From Sphaeroforma arctica JP610 (lineage: Eukaryota): 39,240 nucleotides of DNA. A program made the translations under genes and the position numbers. The stretch spans positions 116,090 to 155,329 of the forward strand of contig NW_014040454.1 of NCBI RefSeq assembly GCF_001186125.1, read 5' to 3'. Position 1 is the first letter of the stretch. Each line of letters begins with the position of its first letter. Under the pieces are notes generated by a model. The model saw nothing but the letters and a program-made list of their open reading frames with translations, searched no databases and had not been told where the DNA came from. This document shows positions 1 through 11,399 of this stretch, one piece after another.

Positions 1-55
1 GCATGTGTGTGCCAATATGTTGAATCCATCATACCATTGCAATGTTAATACATAC

Positions 56-177
56 CCGTGAAACATAGATGCCAAAAAAATAGTCTCATTGGTTGGAAGC
101 TTAGGTGCAGATCCAAAAGACTGATGGTAAATCAGGGATCCAGCCTTATTAATTACGTACACGCTGTGAATTGCCAT
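56..177 (-). CDS. TRAPPC4: TRAPP complex subunit 4 (Trs23/synbindin), first coding exon; gene continues beyond the left edge of the window
   Basis: ATG at 177 gives MAIHSVYVINKAGSLIYHQSFGSAPKLPTNETIFLASMFH(G), followed by a phase-2 GTATGT donor at 55. It matches the Trs23/TRAPPC4 motifs 'SVYVVNKAGGLIY' and 'NEKLMLASMFHS'. Not in the ORF track. Confidence 0.93.
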
Positions 178-905
178 TTTCTCGCTGGTATGGTTATCTT
201 ATCTATGGCTACACTAGCACTCTCTATGTACTATCAGGTAGCAACTCAAAGTGAGCAGATCAGGTCTTCAACCGACCGTATGGATATATTATGTAGAATA
301 TAATTATGATGGCTCTGGCTCGTTTATTTACATATATATTTACCTAAATATTTACATATTTGTGTGCCTCTTTATTAGTCTGTGGAGTCTGGGGCTCTGG
401 GGACATTATTAGTCAGCGTTATTTATACGAGTTCTTGTGTTATTTAGAGGGCTATGGTATCTATTTATATATTCCACTGCGGCCCCACTAACGTTTAACG
501 TAAAGGCAAAGTGCGCACCCTCGCTGTCGGAAATATACCACTATGTAGTATAGCACAAATATTCAAACGTAAAACGTTAACGCAAAACCGTACTGTGAAA
601 AGAAAACAAAATGAAGCCTGAAGCACAGAAGCAGTCAAGCAGGCATCCGCGGTTTTATCTATTCTATTTATAGACAGATATTTATATTCGCTGAGGGATT
701 TCAGTTTTCTTGAAATTTCTGTGACACTTCCGAAGCGCCGTGGCCCACGACGCCCTATTCCATAAGGTCAACACTCCATGATAACTACCTCTGAACAAAT
801 GTATTACTACATACTATTCGTAGCATAGACTGATTCTGATTACTACATACTATTCGTATCATAGACTGATTCTGCGAAGTGAACGTCTTGGAATATCTGG
901 TCATC
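178..905. promoter_or_regulatory. Probable bidirectional promoter / 5' UTR region between TRAPPC4 and MRPS6
   Basis: The two start codons diverge ~730 bp apart. The region contains clustered AACGT/AACG motifs (~490-590) and a 36-bp tandem duplication (~803-874). Confidence 0.55.
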
Positions 906-1284
906 ATGCCAACCTACGAGCTGGCGCTTCTGGCCCGCAATAACGCGGTATGTACCTCGACAGCTCTAATGGCACACCAACTATCTACTGTAGTATTCAT
1001 TACGTGACTCGGACTGTATGTCACTGTAGTTCCATATTACCATTCGAATTAGCAAATGAAGTTGGGCATGGGAGTACGAGGTATCATTATATTATGTGAG
1101 TTCGAATGTCCAAAGGCTTTCTATACTCGATCTTCAAGATAGCTTCGTCAAAATAGCACTACATGGTTTCAGATACTATAATATACTACACATTATTGAT
1201 CTAATCAGCCTGAATTCTCGTGGTGTCGTGCTGGAGGTTGGGGAATATCTAGGAACGAAACAAGCATATAAATAGGAGAGAGAG

Positions 1285-1330
<46 letters not shown>

Positions 1331-1518
1331 TGTGTGTGTATGTGTGTGTGTGTCGATTTGTCGGTGTGCCGGTGTCTGTGTTTGTTTGTGTGTGTGTGCG
1401 TGCATGTATATACATATACATGTGAGCTATATATGTGTTTGTGTGTTCATATGTCTTTTTCCATAAATGTATGTACGGCTCTAAGATTCCATGTATGTAC
1501 GTATGTATGTATCTAGGG

Positions 1519-1554
<36 letters not shown>

Positions 1555-1558
1555 AATC

Positions 1559-1589
<31 letters not shown>

Positions 1590-1694
1590 GTGTGTGTGTA
1601 TATATATATATATTTATATATATGTATATATATATATAGATATATAGTNTACTANATATNNNNNNNNNNNNNNNNNNNNTATATAATATATATG

Positions 1695-1725
<31 letters not shown>

Positions 1726-3692
1726 GTGTGTGTGTGTCTGTGTCTGTGTGTGCGTGTTTGTGTGCGTGTATATATATATGTGTGTCTGTGTGTGTATCTA
1801 TGTATCTATGTAGGTATATATATACACGTAGCAGCCCATATTGGTCATTTGTGCCACCCGGATATGCATTATTTGCTTATTTATGCCAAAATACGTATTT
1901 AATCTATTTGTACGTATGGTAATTGTAGCAAGCACACGTTCACAAACAGGTGTATCTTCATAGCTACATTTCTGTATGCACAAACTGTCTGTTTATCTAT
2001 TTGTGTTCATGCTCATTGCACAGCACTCTATAAACCCTAAACAAGTATATATGTGTCCGGTATTTCCTTCTTTTTGTTTTCCCGTTTATCTAGAATCTTG
2101 CCACGTCTGTTCTTCTCGCCTTGCAAATCTACGCACTGAATGGTATGTATATCTCATTGAGATCGATAGCTTCATCAGTACAACCATCACATCATGTTTA
2201 CAATTGAGATTGTCTCGTGAAGCTTCACAACATCTACCCAGCGCAGTAGTTCTCAGTAGTTCTCTTGTCCGCAACAGTGTGTATGTTATGTGATGTCTCC
2301 CTTGTAGATTCACTCACACAAACATGACCAAACCTTCCATTCTCAGAATGTTCTGATATTTGCTCGCCACTATACTATATATATCGGCTTTCTCGCTGCC
2401 AATTTATTCAAATGTTTTTGGCCTATACTTCAGAATGTGGTTGGTCCTCTGCTGCTGCGAACGTCCAAGTTGATTCAGAATCGCGGAGGTGTGGTCATTA
2501 AAGTCGAGAACTTTGGACAGCAGGAACTGCCACACAGAGCACGCAGACATATGGAGTACTTCACGCACGCACGGTAGGTAGAAATCGTCAGCCGGGTGAA
2601 TCGCAACATACATAGTCTTGCATACGTGTATGTGGGTTTCAGCGTCTGTTGCTCGTGTATAGAAAAATTAGCAGCCATTTGTACATATACATGCTACAGG
2701 TATATGCACGATATTTAAGTATGCATACATGCACACATGCATATCCATCTTAAAGCATCCGTGTATGGCTACTTTGATGCGTGTTACGGCGGTGTGTAGT
2801 GTGCTTTCAATGACAGTGGTGATTGTGGTTGGTAGTTGTCCTGACCTTCGCCACTATCTACATCCTCCCTACTTTCTCGCCACGGGTTTCCTTTCATTGG
2901 TATACCTGGTCGGTATCACATATCTGCATGTTCTCAATCTTTCGTTGTTTGTTGAGTAGCGTTAAAAAATGTGTCAAGGATTTTAGTTTAGTCCATCACT
3001 CGACAATCTGAGTATATCATCTGTATGCTGAATACCCCCACCATACTGAAACTCTTCTAGTCTGTGGATGTTCGCTTGTATATGCCAACTTCAGGCGTCA
3101 ACATATACACAGTCGTGTTTTGTTGTGCACTTGATAGATATATTTTAATAGCACTTGTTTAATGACTCGCGTACCTCGCACTATATTTTTGTCTCGCAGA
3201 GGACGCCTGCACTCGTGTGGCATGCACAGTTTTGATAATCTGCGCTTGTCACAGTACATTCATGTCCGCAATAAGTGAAATAGAAGGATCGCTCTGCGAC
3301 GTCGTTTGTAATCGCAGTACGGGAGTGACCTTGTTGCTATGCATGTGATGCCTAAAGAACAAATGGTGGACCATGTATATTAGTGCTTTGAAATTGAGTG
3401 AGCTAGACTTTCTTAGGGTCATATCCCTGTGCCGTATATTTATAGTCTCTTCGAGGTACTTATAATACTGATTGGTTATTTGTGTCACAGGCGCTTGGGA
3501 CTACAGTTCACAGTTGGTACAGAGTTCATCAAAAGTCTCCAGTCAGCTCTCGCGGCCAACACGGATGTAATCCGCTACACATTCATTAAGAACTCTCCTG
3601 TACACAAGCACGAGAAGAAGATGTTCCATCGATGCAAGAATCTCGACCGAGCGAAACGAATGGAGCTTCTGCAGAAATCGAAAGATGCGTAG
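906..3692 (+). CDS. MRPS6: Mitochondrial small-subunit ribosomal protein S6 (bS6m), 127 aa; join(906..947,2434..2573,3491..3692)
   Basis: Spliced translation [127 protein letters not shown]. It has the bS6m signatures MPxYEL, GGVVxxxENxG and DVIR. Donors are GTATGT (948) and GTAGGT (2574), acceptors are CAG, and phases are consistent (0, 2). Confidence 0.93.
1276..1830. repeat. (GA)n/(TA)n/(TG)n microsatellite block in MRPS6 intron 1, including an N-gap
   Basis: Dinucleotide runs are directly visible; Ns at ~1648-1679. Confidence 0.95.
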
Positions 3693-3802
3693 GCTCCCTT
3701 GTATTTGGAATAGTTTCCGAGATATTCAGGGCGCCCGTAGGCCTTCGATTGATGATTAATAAATGTACAAGTTCACTGGTGTTGGAGTGGTACTAGACGA
3801 CA

Positions 3803-4350
3803 GTTTAGTTTAGATGACTTCATAGGTAGCTTTGACTGTGCGAACATCAATCGTACTTTTGTTAAAAAGTATTCGAAACATGGCTTATCGTGACATACAT
3901 GTTCGATGCACAGATATGACTTTGTCTCTCGCACATATTTTTGCTTAGACTTTTCCTATCTAAATATATCAATCAATAATATTTGATACTCTGACGCCGT
4001 GTTTTGAGTAGAGGATTCGTTTATTTTGAGGCTTCCTACCTGAGTTGCAACCATGCAGGCGAAAGATATATATGTGTTTAGTTTAGATGACTTCAAAGGT
4101 AGCTTTGGCTGTGCATACTTTTGTTGAAAGTTAAAATCTATTCGAAACCTTGCTTATCGAGACATCACCGATGCACAGATATGACGATTTCTCGCGTAAA
4201 TTTTTGCTTGGGCTTTCCCTATCGAAACATCTCAACATTGTACAATTATGGCTAATAGTAATGGTCTGATGCCGTGTTGAGTGAAGAAGTATTTTCATTT
4301 TGAGGCTTCCTACCTGAGTTGCAACCTTGCAAGCGGAAGATACACATATA
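3803..4350. repeat. Diverged ~270-bp tandem duplication downstream of MRPS6
   Basis: Units at ~3803 and ~4076 both begin GTTTAGTTTAGATGACTTCA and share 'gatgcacagatatgac' and 'ttttgaggcttcctacctgagttgcaacc'. Confidence 0.9.
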
Positions 4351-7300
4351 GGTACAGAATTACACCAGTGCGTGTCTATATCTGCTAGTAATGCTGTAGT
4401 TGGCCAATCCCCCTCCCCCCCCCCCCCCCCCCGGACACGAATTAGTGCTAGGAGCTCAAACTATGTGTTAAAAAGTAGACTACGTAGGACTTAGCAGATA
4501 TTACGCAATGTGACTCTTTAAACAGTACTTTGATCAGGAGTGGCTGCCACACCACAATAGAAGCACTACATCAGACCAGATACTTCAAATGGTCCAATAA
4601 ACACGTGAGGATTTATTTTTTTAAGTCGGTAACACACATTATTCGAAATTTTGCATGCGCGCCCGGTAAAATATATCCAAAGGATGGCAATGCGAGTGAT
4701 TATATCCACACATGAATTGTTTAATGCTTATTTGTTACTCATCTTAATTGAAATGAAAATGAAAGAGGCCAGCCACAGCATAATTATAGAAGCATTTTAA
4801 ACCTAACCTATGCGTGAATAGTAATGGTTACAGGTACTACTTGTCTCAAATGAGATGACCTGATAGTGTTCCCACTATGATTAATCCAGTTCACAGAATG
4901 CACGAAAGCGCTGGCTATAATTTCAACTTCGTATGTACAACTACACGTGTTTATAGCGCTATGTATCGACCAGAGCAAAATTTTATACCATTGCATATCG
5001 GTATATATTTGCCTACCACGATATTGGCGACTACTTTGCGATTATTCACGAACTAACTGTCGAGACTATTATATTCAATTTAGGTGTATTGGAATTGACA
5101 AATCGGATAACTTTTAAAGATCGAAATAGCATGCGAGCTGTGCATCGTGAATACCAGCTAAAGGTGACGGTAGCTGGGAAAGAGAACGGGTCGAACCTTC
5201 GTCATGATCAAATAAACGTGATATCCAACGAGCGTATGCGATCTGCTTTGCACTTTGCTTTCTCCCATGAAAAGAAAATTCACTATCAGCCCAACATTTT
5301 CCACTTCAAGAAGCTGCTTGGTTATTCCAATACCAATTTGGTCTTCAAAGCTGATTAAACTTTTCAAATGAACACTTTCCGAATTCATCATTTTATGTAG
5401 CATACAATTCCAACCAATCAATGTAGCAAACACAATTATTCGGCTTGTGCCTGCACGTCATCTGGATTCAGACTTGTCCAGAACTTTCAAGATCAAATTG
5501 CAACCTGGAGTCTGCACTGATATGTGTAGATATGTCAATACAGACGACCTTCAGAGAATGAGGTTTGAACACAAACAGATTGGGTGTGTACCCAACGAAA
5601 GTGCAAGGTTCGAGAAGGAAAGAAAAATGTCATACAAACTACAATACTGTTGAAGTGAAGATCGCGAAACGATGAGCTTTCGACATCTTTAGTTCTAGAA
5701 ATCGTTAATGAAATGTTGGGCTAATGTCACATTACGAGAGTTGACAATCGAGTTTCTACTTGTGCTATTTTTAAGGTAAACTTCACAACATTCATTCGTA
5801 CTGAAGCTTTCTATTATCCACAACTGAAGCGAGGTCAAATAGTGTGTAGAATGACAAGAACCAATTTGCTGCACAAATACGGTACCTTCGAAAAATCCAA
5901 ATAAGGGAATGTATGAAAGATTTCATTGAAATTTAATAAGAGATACTCTGTGGTAAATGTGTAATCGGCGGTAAAGCATAAAGAATGATGAGAACGATAC
6001 GGCGATCACTTCGGTGGCCGCTCGAAACATTATTTGACGCATGGGAGAATAAAGGTGTATTCTACCAAAACCAGAAAAAAAAATAGTGCTTGCCCTCTAA
6101 GAGTGCACCTTATTTTAGTCTATAATTGATACGATCGTCGAGGTATTTGTTGGCTTGAAAATGGAAACAGGATAATATTTAAAGTAGTATTAACGCACAA
6201 TTAGTATCATCAGTTTCCAAACAACTCGGAGTCAACAGCTCAGTACCCCGGAATTTACTGCCAAAGATGAACCGATAATGATACTCTGCCAGATGTCATA
6301 CCAGTAAAGGATCAATCTACACCGCATACACTTATGTATGGGTACACATGTAAATATGTATACCAACCCTCAGTAAAGGGAAAATAGAGACACTTATTAT
6401 GCATCTTTATGTATTAACAAGTACAGGATGACATTTTATGGCACTTATGCATGTGTATTCGGACTCGCTATCGATTTTTATACCAAGCCGTCTGCTGAGG
6501 TCCTATCGCCTAGTAGCTTGGGGGATGCTGCATACTCTTGGTATATACGATAGTAAATTTTTTTCCTGTGTCAGAGTAGGCGAGAGTAAAAGTCGGCTTG
6601 TGGGCATTTAATCGTACAAACACAATATATTTCCGAATGAATCTTTCTTTGATGCGACTAGTTGGTAGTGTACATACTATAATGCCTGTAATGATAAGTT
6701 AAGTTCAAAATTGAGCGTTCCGTACAGTTATCCAATTGATGTGATGTGTATGTGGATCGATCAAAATTGCTGCTTAAATAAGTATAAAACTAAATTTGTC
6801 CTTCGCCTGTCGGCATCCGAATGGCAACTACTTATAGATTTTTTTGGGATATTGAACTTTTCGGAGACTGTGGCGTGTAGTCAGATAGCTAAATTTTGTT
6901 GGCGAACGCATTCACAGTTTTCTACTGTATAAAACTGAGGCCTCTATTATTGAGTTGCTTCAAGAGTTCGTCAAACTCCCACGCCAATATATTAGCTTGT
7001 GCAGATATGCCAGCGGCCACGCTACGTCCCGAACTCTACTTAAATTTTGTCTCTATCGTCATACCCTCCAGAGGGTCCATCAGGTACGCAATAAGTCTAT
7101 GAATAACTTCCCTCTTTCACAATTTAATTTTGAGGGCATTTATGGAATAAACATACTATATTTCATTGTGTATGGGTATTTTACCTCTTCAATACATCAT
7201 GCCAAATAAACAGCGGTGATGTGATCGTTGACTTCACTTTCACCACCCTAAATTTCATAATCTTCTCATCGTCAGCTGCATGTCTACATACATTCTTCCT

Positions 7301-7584
7301 CGCTTTTTGCTTCTCATCAATCAGATTACTACTTCTAAACACACTATTTCGTAATATAAATATTAAATCAAACATTTTTTTGTACAAGTTCAAGCATATC
7401 TCACTCCATGCCATTTGAATATATATGTCGCTATTGCTGTTGCACTCATTCTCGTTCCAAACTTACCGTTTATATCTGTACCTTACTGTAATCGTTTCCT
7501 GGTTCTTAAAAAAAAGGTAAAATACATTTATCTGTGGACGATTTTGTGCGTATTCCTGCCACATATCTTGCAAAAATTGTGCAA

Positions 7585-8275
7585 CAGTTTGCAGGAGGCT
7601 TCCGTGTCCACACTAGCTCTGTATTGTGCTTTTTGCCCTGCTCTTATGTGAAATGTTTTCATCACATGAGATCAATAATTGTCGTCATCTGTTGTCTAAC
7701 ACATGTATACCGTTCACATTTGCTGCTGGTTTGTATAATTGATAAGCTGCTCCTCGTTTATATCACGTCCGCTCGAGACATTTTAAAGAAGCATGGACCA
7801 TAACATATGTACGTACAAGTAACTGCTTGTACATGTGCTGTGTTTGTTATTTTTCAAATCAATAGTATCAAATGTGTACATATATGTATATTCTTAATAC
7901 GCCGTCTAGTGTGCCATTTTCAGAAAACTTATAGACAAGAAGTAGCGCGTGAATTATGTTCGTATAATTGTACATTTCTTGCTAAGGCAGTGCTACAGGT
8001 TGCAGGAGGTGTTCATGTTCACTCTGACTCTGTTTGATGCACTCTCTTTGTAACATGCCTTGGTGTGAAACTTTCCCATCGCATGTGATCAACTATTGCC
8101 GCTACCTGTTGTCTAACTCGCAGATGCTATTCACATCTGCTACTGTTTTTGTAGTCTTGGCAGGCGACTCTTCGTTTGACTCACGTCCGCTCGTGGCGTT
8201 ATAGTGAAGCACAAACGCTATCACATGTACGTACTAGAAACAGTTCATATACGAGCTGTATTTTTTATTTTACAT
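7585..8275. repeat. Diverged ~410-bp-period tandem duplication
   Basis: Shared anchors 'ttgcaggagg', 'ctgttgtctaac', 'tcacgtccgctcg' and 'atgtacgtac' occur at ~7589/7999, ~7690/8106, ~7763/8181 and ~7807/8225. Confidence 0.8.
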
Positions 8276-9439
8276 ATAAACAACACAATGTATATCGATA
8301 TTGTGAAGTAATCAGAATATTTTATTTGTATTGTTGTTTTGTAACGGCACCATAAATCGTGAGACTCGCCACAACATCCTCCGGACCTTTACTGAGGCCT
8401 CCACGCTTATTCGTAGCATAAAGAGAAACGTGAGTGAGTATTTTCCCACTGGTCGTAATGTAAGAGCAATACTGCACAACAGAAAGGCGGTCTAACACAT
8501 TCAGATGTATTACGACTTCTGAGATTTCTGTCCTAAAACAATCACAACTATTTTGTATCACATCTTCTCTCATAAACTCGGTCCTGTATTTGTTATAAAC
8601 CAACGCCCATTGTAAAATGGATTCTTGTTTGCTACAAAAATCCGATTGGCCCTAGAAATTACTAAAGGCTGAATTCCAGTACTGAGCCATTACCACGACT
8701 GTGGCCCTTTGAAAGTTATCAAAATCCCAAAGTCTGTATATGCTGATAGTTTTATTCTTCTATAATATTATAATGGCCTAATATCCGATTGCGCGATTGA
8801 ATTCGCATTTCTAAGCCTGTTGTCACGTATATGTTGGAATAAGAGCTGAAATTAGTTACACGGAATCATTGTATCCTAAAATAGTGAGATTTTATCTTTA
8901 ATAGTGCAAATTCAAATGTACTTGATACTCGATCCACTATGTAGCATCACAGTACTAGAAAATATTCCAGAATCCGAATCTACAGGATTCCCAATACCTG
9001 AGAATCGGTTCTGAACCCAAATACTAAATTCCTGAAGCCATCAGGACTTCGTGAAAGGAGCATTCAAGTGAAAACCCGAGTCTGTGGATTGGCAAATACA
9101 GGTCACAAACAAAGACTCCGTTCACTTTCCTCAGACTAGGACTTATCCTAGCTGATAGAAGCTTACTTGAGGAGAAGACTATTGTTTCCTTTTGTCGTAC
9201 CCTTCTAACTACTTCCTTACACTCTATATCACGTTTTGAATATATTTTTGTGTTGATGAATCTTAGATGATTCATTGTGCAAATTGTCTATTCACGTCGT
9301 GTTCCGTTCGCATTATTTATTTTTCCACTGCCACCATCACACGACCATATATAATTGACCTGGCATAATTGTTGATACATCAGAACGTTTCTGACGAGGT
9401 AAATTTTCGGTAATATTCACATCGCAAACCATACAATCA

Positions 9440-9590
9440 TTACTTGTATTAAGTCATATGCTGGGCTCATATCACCTTGCCTTCCTCCTTAAATACACAT
9501 ATTTCTATTCGAGCCTTTGACATACATTTTGAAAGCGCCATCATGCTCCTCCTTACTCGTAAATCCCTCCCCTTACATACAACCAAATCT
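9440..9590 (-). mobile_element. Possible decayed MuDR/MULE transposase N-terminal fragment
   Basis: With one frameshift it reads LYV/GEGFTSKEEHDGAFKMYVKGSNRNMCI*, resembling the MuDR N-terminal pattern LxVGxxFxSKEExxxAxKxY. The match is short and no catalytic motif was confirmed. Confidence 0.3.
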
Positions 9591-11399
9591 CCATCCCTGA
9601 AAAAACCATGTAGAGCCGCATTCCAGTGATGAAGAAGGTATTTTTCAGTGTATTACAGTAATAATTCGTCTTTGTTTTTACTCAAAAACTGAAATGCTTG
9701 ATTTTCCCGAGACTCGTATCACTTTCCCCCCTTGACGATGGTTTTACATGCCGTGCATATATATCCGATAATGAAACGCGGTATATGAGCCTCTTTCTTG
9801 TACCAGGACGTTATCGTATACTGCTGAAGGCGTCTATCGGTCGATATGGCGATATGTTGGTAAGGTGAACCCTCAACCGTTATTTCCCTACAGGATTTTC
9901 CACACGCCTGGTAGCTCCACACGCTTTCCGTTTAATGTGAGATACCCAGTACAACAACGCACACGACAATACACACTATACATTCCAAGTTCGTGTACGT
10001 AAGTACATTGATCGTCGTCTATTGCACGTACTTTCATTCTATCTATATGAACGAAACACCTCGTGTACGTTCACATACACATTTTACGCTTGGTCACTAC
10101 ATATCTCCATTGATTTGGATTTAATTTTTATTTTTACGCACCTTCGTGATCGACTGTCCATCTTCAGCTCGTTTACCCGTAGGTACATGTTTAGGTACGA
10201 AGTATCAACGTCACTGATTCTTTTCCCAGTCAAAAACGACTTGATCGGACAAGTATTAGTAACGTTTATATGTTCCATATGTAAACTGCCGTACGAGTTT
10301 AGCAAGTAATCGGAATATCTGAAATTCAATCGTGAATTATTAAAGTAAAGATTATCTGTTAGCTTATAGACTCGAATCAATTATAGTATTTAAGCTATAT
10401 AATTAAGAGTGAGGCTTTAGCAGGTGTCATCAATGAACGGGTGGAACAGGAAATGGCAATCAAACAAGGTAGACTCTCTTAATTGAGGAGTATATACATG
10501 TTTATCTATTTTTAATTGAAAACTCGCGCAGCAACCGGGTCATAGAACTCAAATACTTGGGGCATGATCAATTGGATCGAATGTGGTATTAAGCAAACCC
10601 TTTTTCATCACACTAGGCAAAATAAGCAGGTAGATCTAATCAATTCCTTTATTGGAACCTAGTGCATAGCAACAATGTCCCAGTACTGTGAAGTTGAGCA
10701 CTAACAAACAGGTAAAACACGACTGCATCACCTTCAATATACCAATACGCAGTTTTGAGGATCTAGAAAAGTTTAAGCGAACACGTATGTGAAGTGTTAA
10801 AGATGTATAAGTAATACAACCAGTAGTTTATACGACGATATCATCAAATAACCAGTACATTACACTACATGTCATTTGACATATAGAGGCACTTGAGCAC
10901 ACATAGTAGGACATCGTCTGAATAATCGAATTTGATTTGTCATTCGTATCATGTGATGTTGGCTACTGTACTAGAACGTTCCAATCTACATTAAACTCGT
11001 ATATACTAACCAACTACCACAAACCCGTAGGGATGTCGATAGTACTGATTGAGTATGATAAGGTTGTGCACAGTTGCGATGCATACTACATGATACGTGT
11101 ACATGAGCATATTATTAATCAATGCTTTGATACACTTGTAAAGTCCCAGCCATGATAGAACTCTTTACAATCAAATATAGCTGCACTGATTTATCAGTGG
11201 ATACGACCTAGTGTTTTATAGTTTACAGTTTTGATCGAATATCACCTGCATTTTTGTTTTGTTTTGCAGTACGATAGCTTTTCTTTAATCTTATCATCAG
11301 TCGGGAATTCGTCAGGGAAAGTATCATTATCGTACACAATGAGCTTTCATATCTGGTAATAGTGGCCTGTCACTTTAACGTAATGTTCTCGTTCACTAG

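Noticed and set aside
1176..1983. Many 60-110 aa ORFs rich in YI/CV/HT (also at 25740-26274, 33578-34055, 35324-35925, 36634-36991 and 37563-38705)
   Set aside because: These are translations of intronic microsatellites and minisatellites, not proteins.
2288..2358. Intronic C/D snoRNA candidate (GTGATGT...CTGA) in MRPS6 intron 1
   Set aside because: Imperfect C box, negligible terminal stem and no identifiable rRNA guide.
4409..4432. Poly-C tract as a G-quadruplex regulatory element
   Set aside because: An isolated homopolymer with no supporting context.
6950..7414. Minus-strand peptide with AYLMDP and 'W..V' resembling a hAT transposase
   Set aside because: Motif spacing and order are not convincing, and there is too little evidence without a search.
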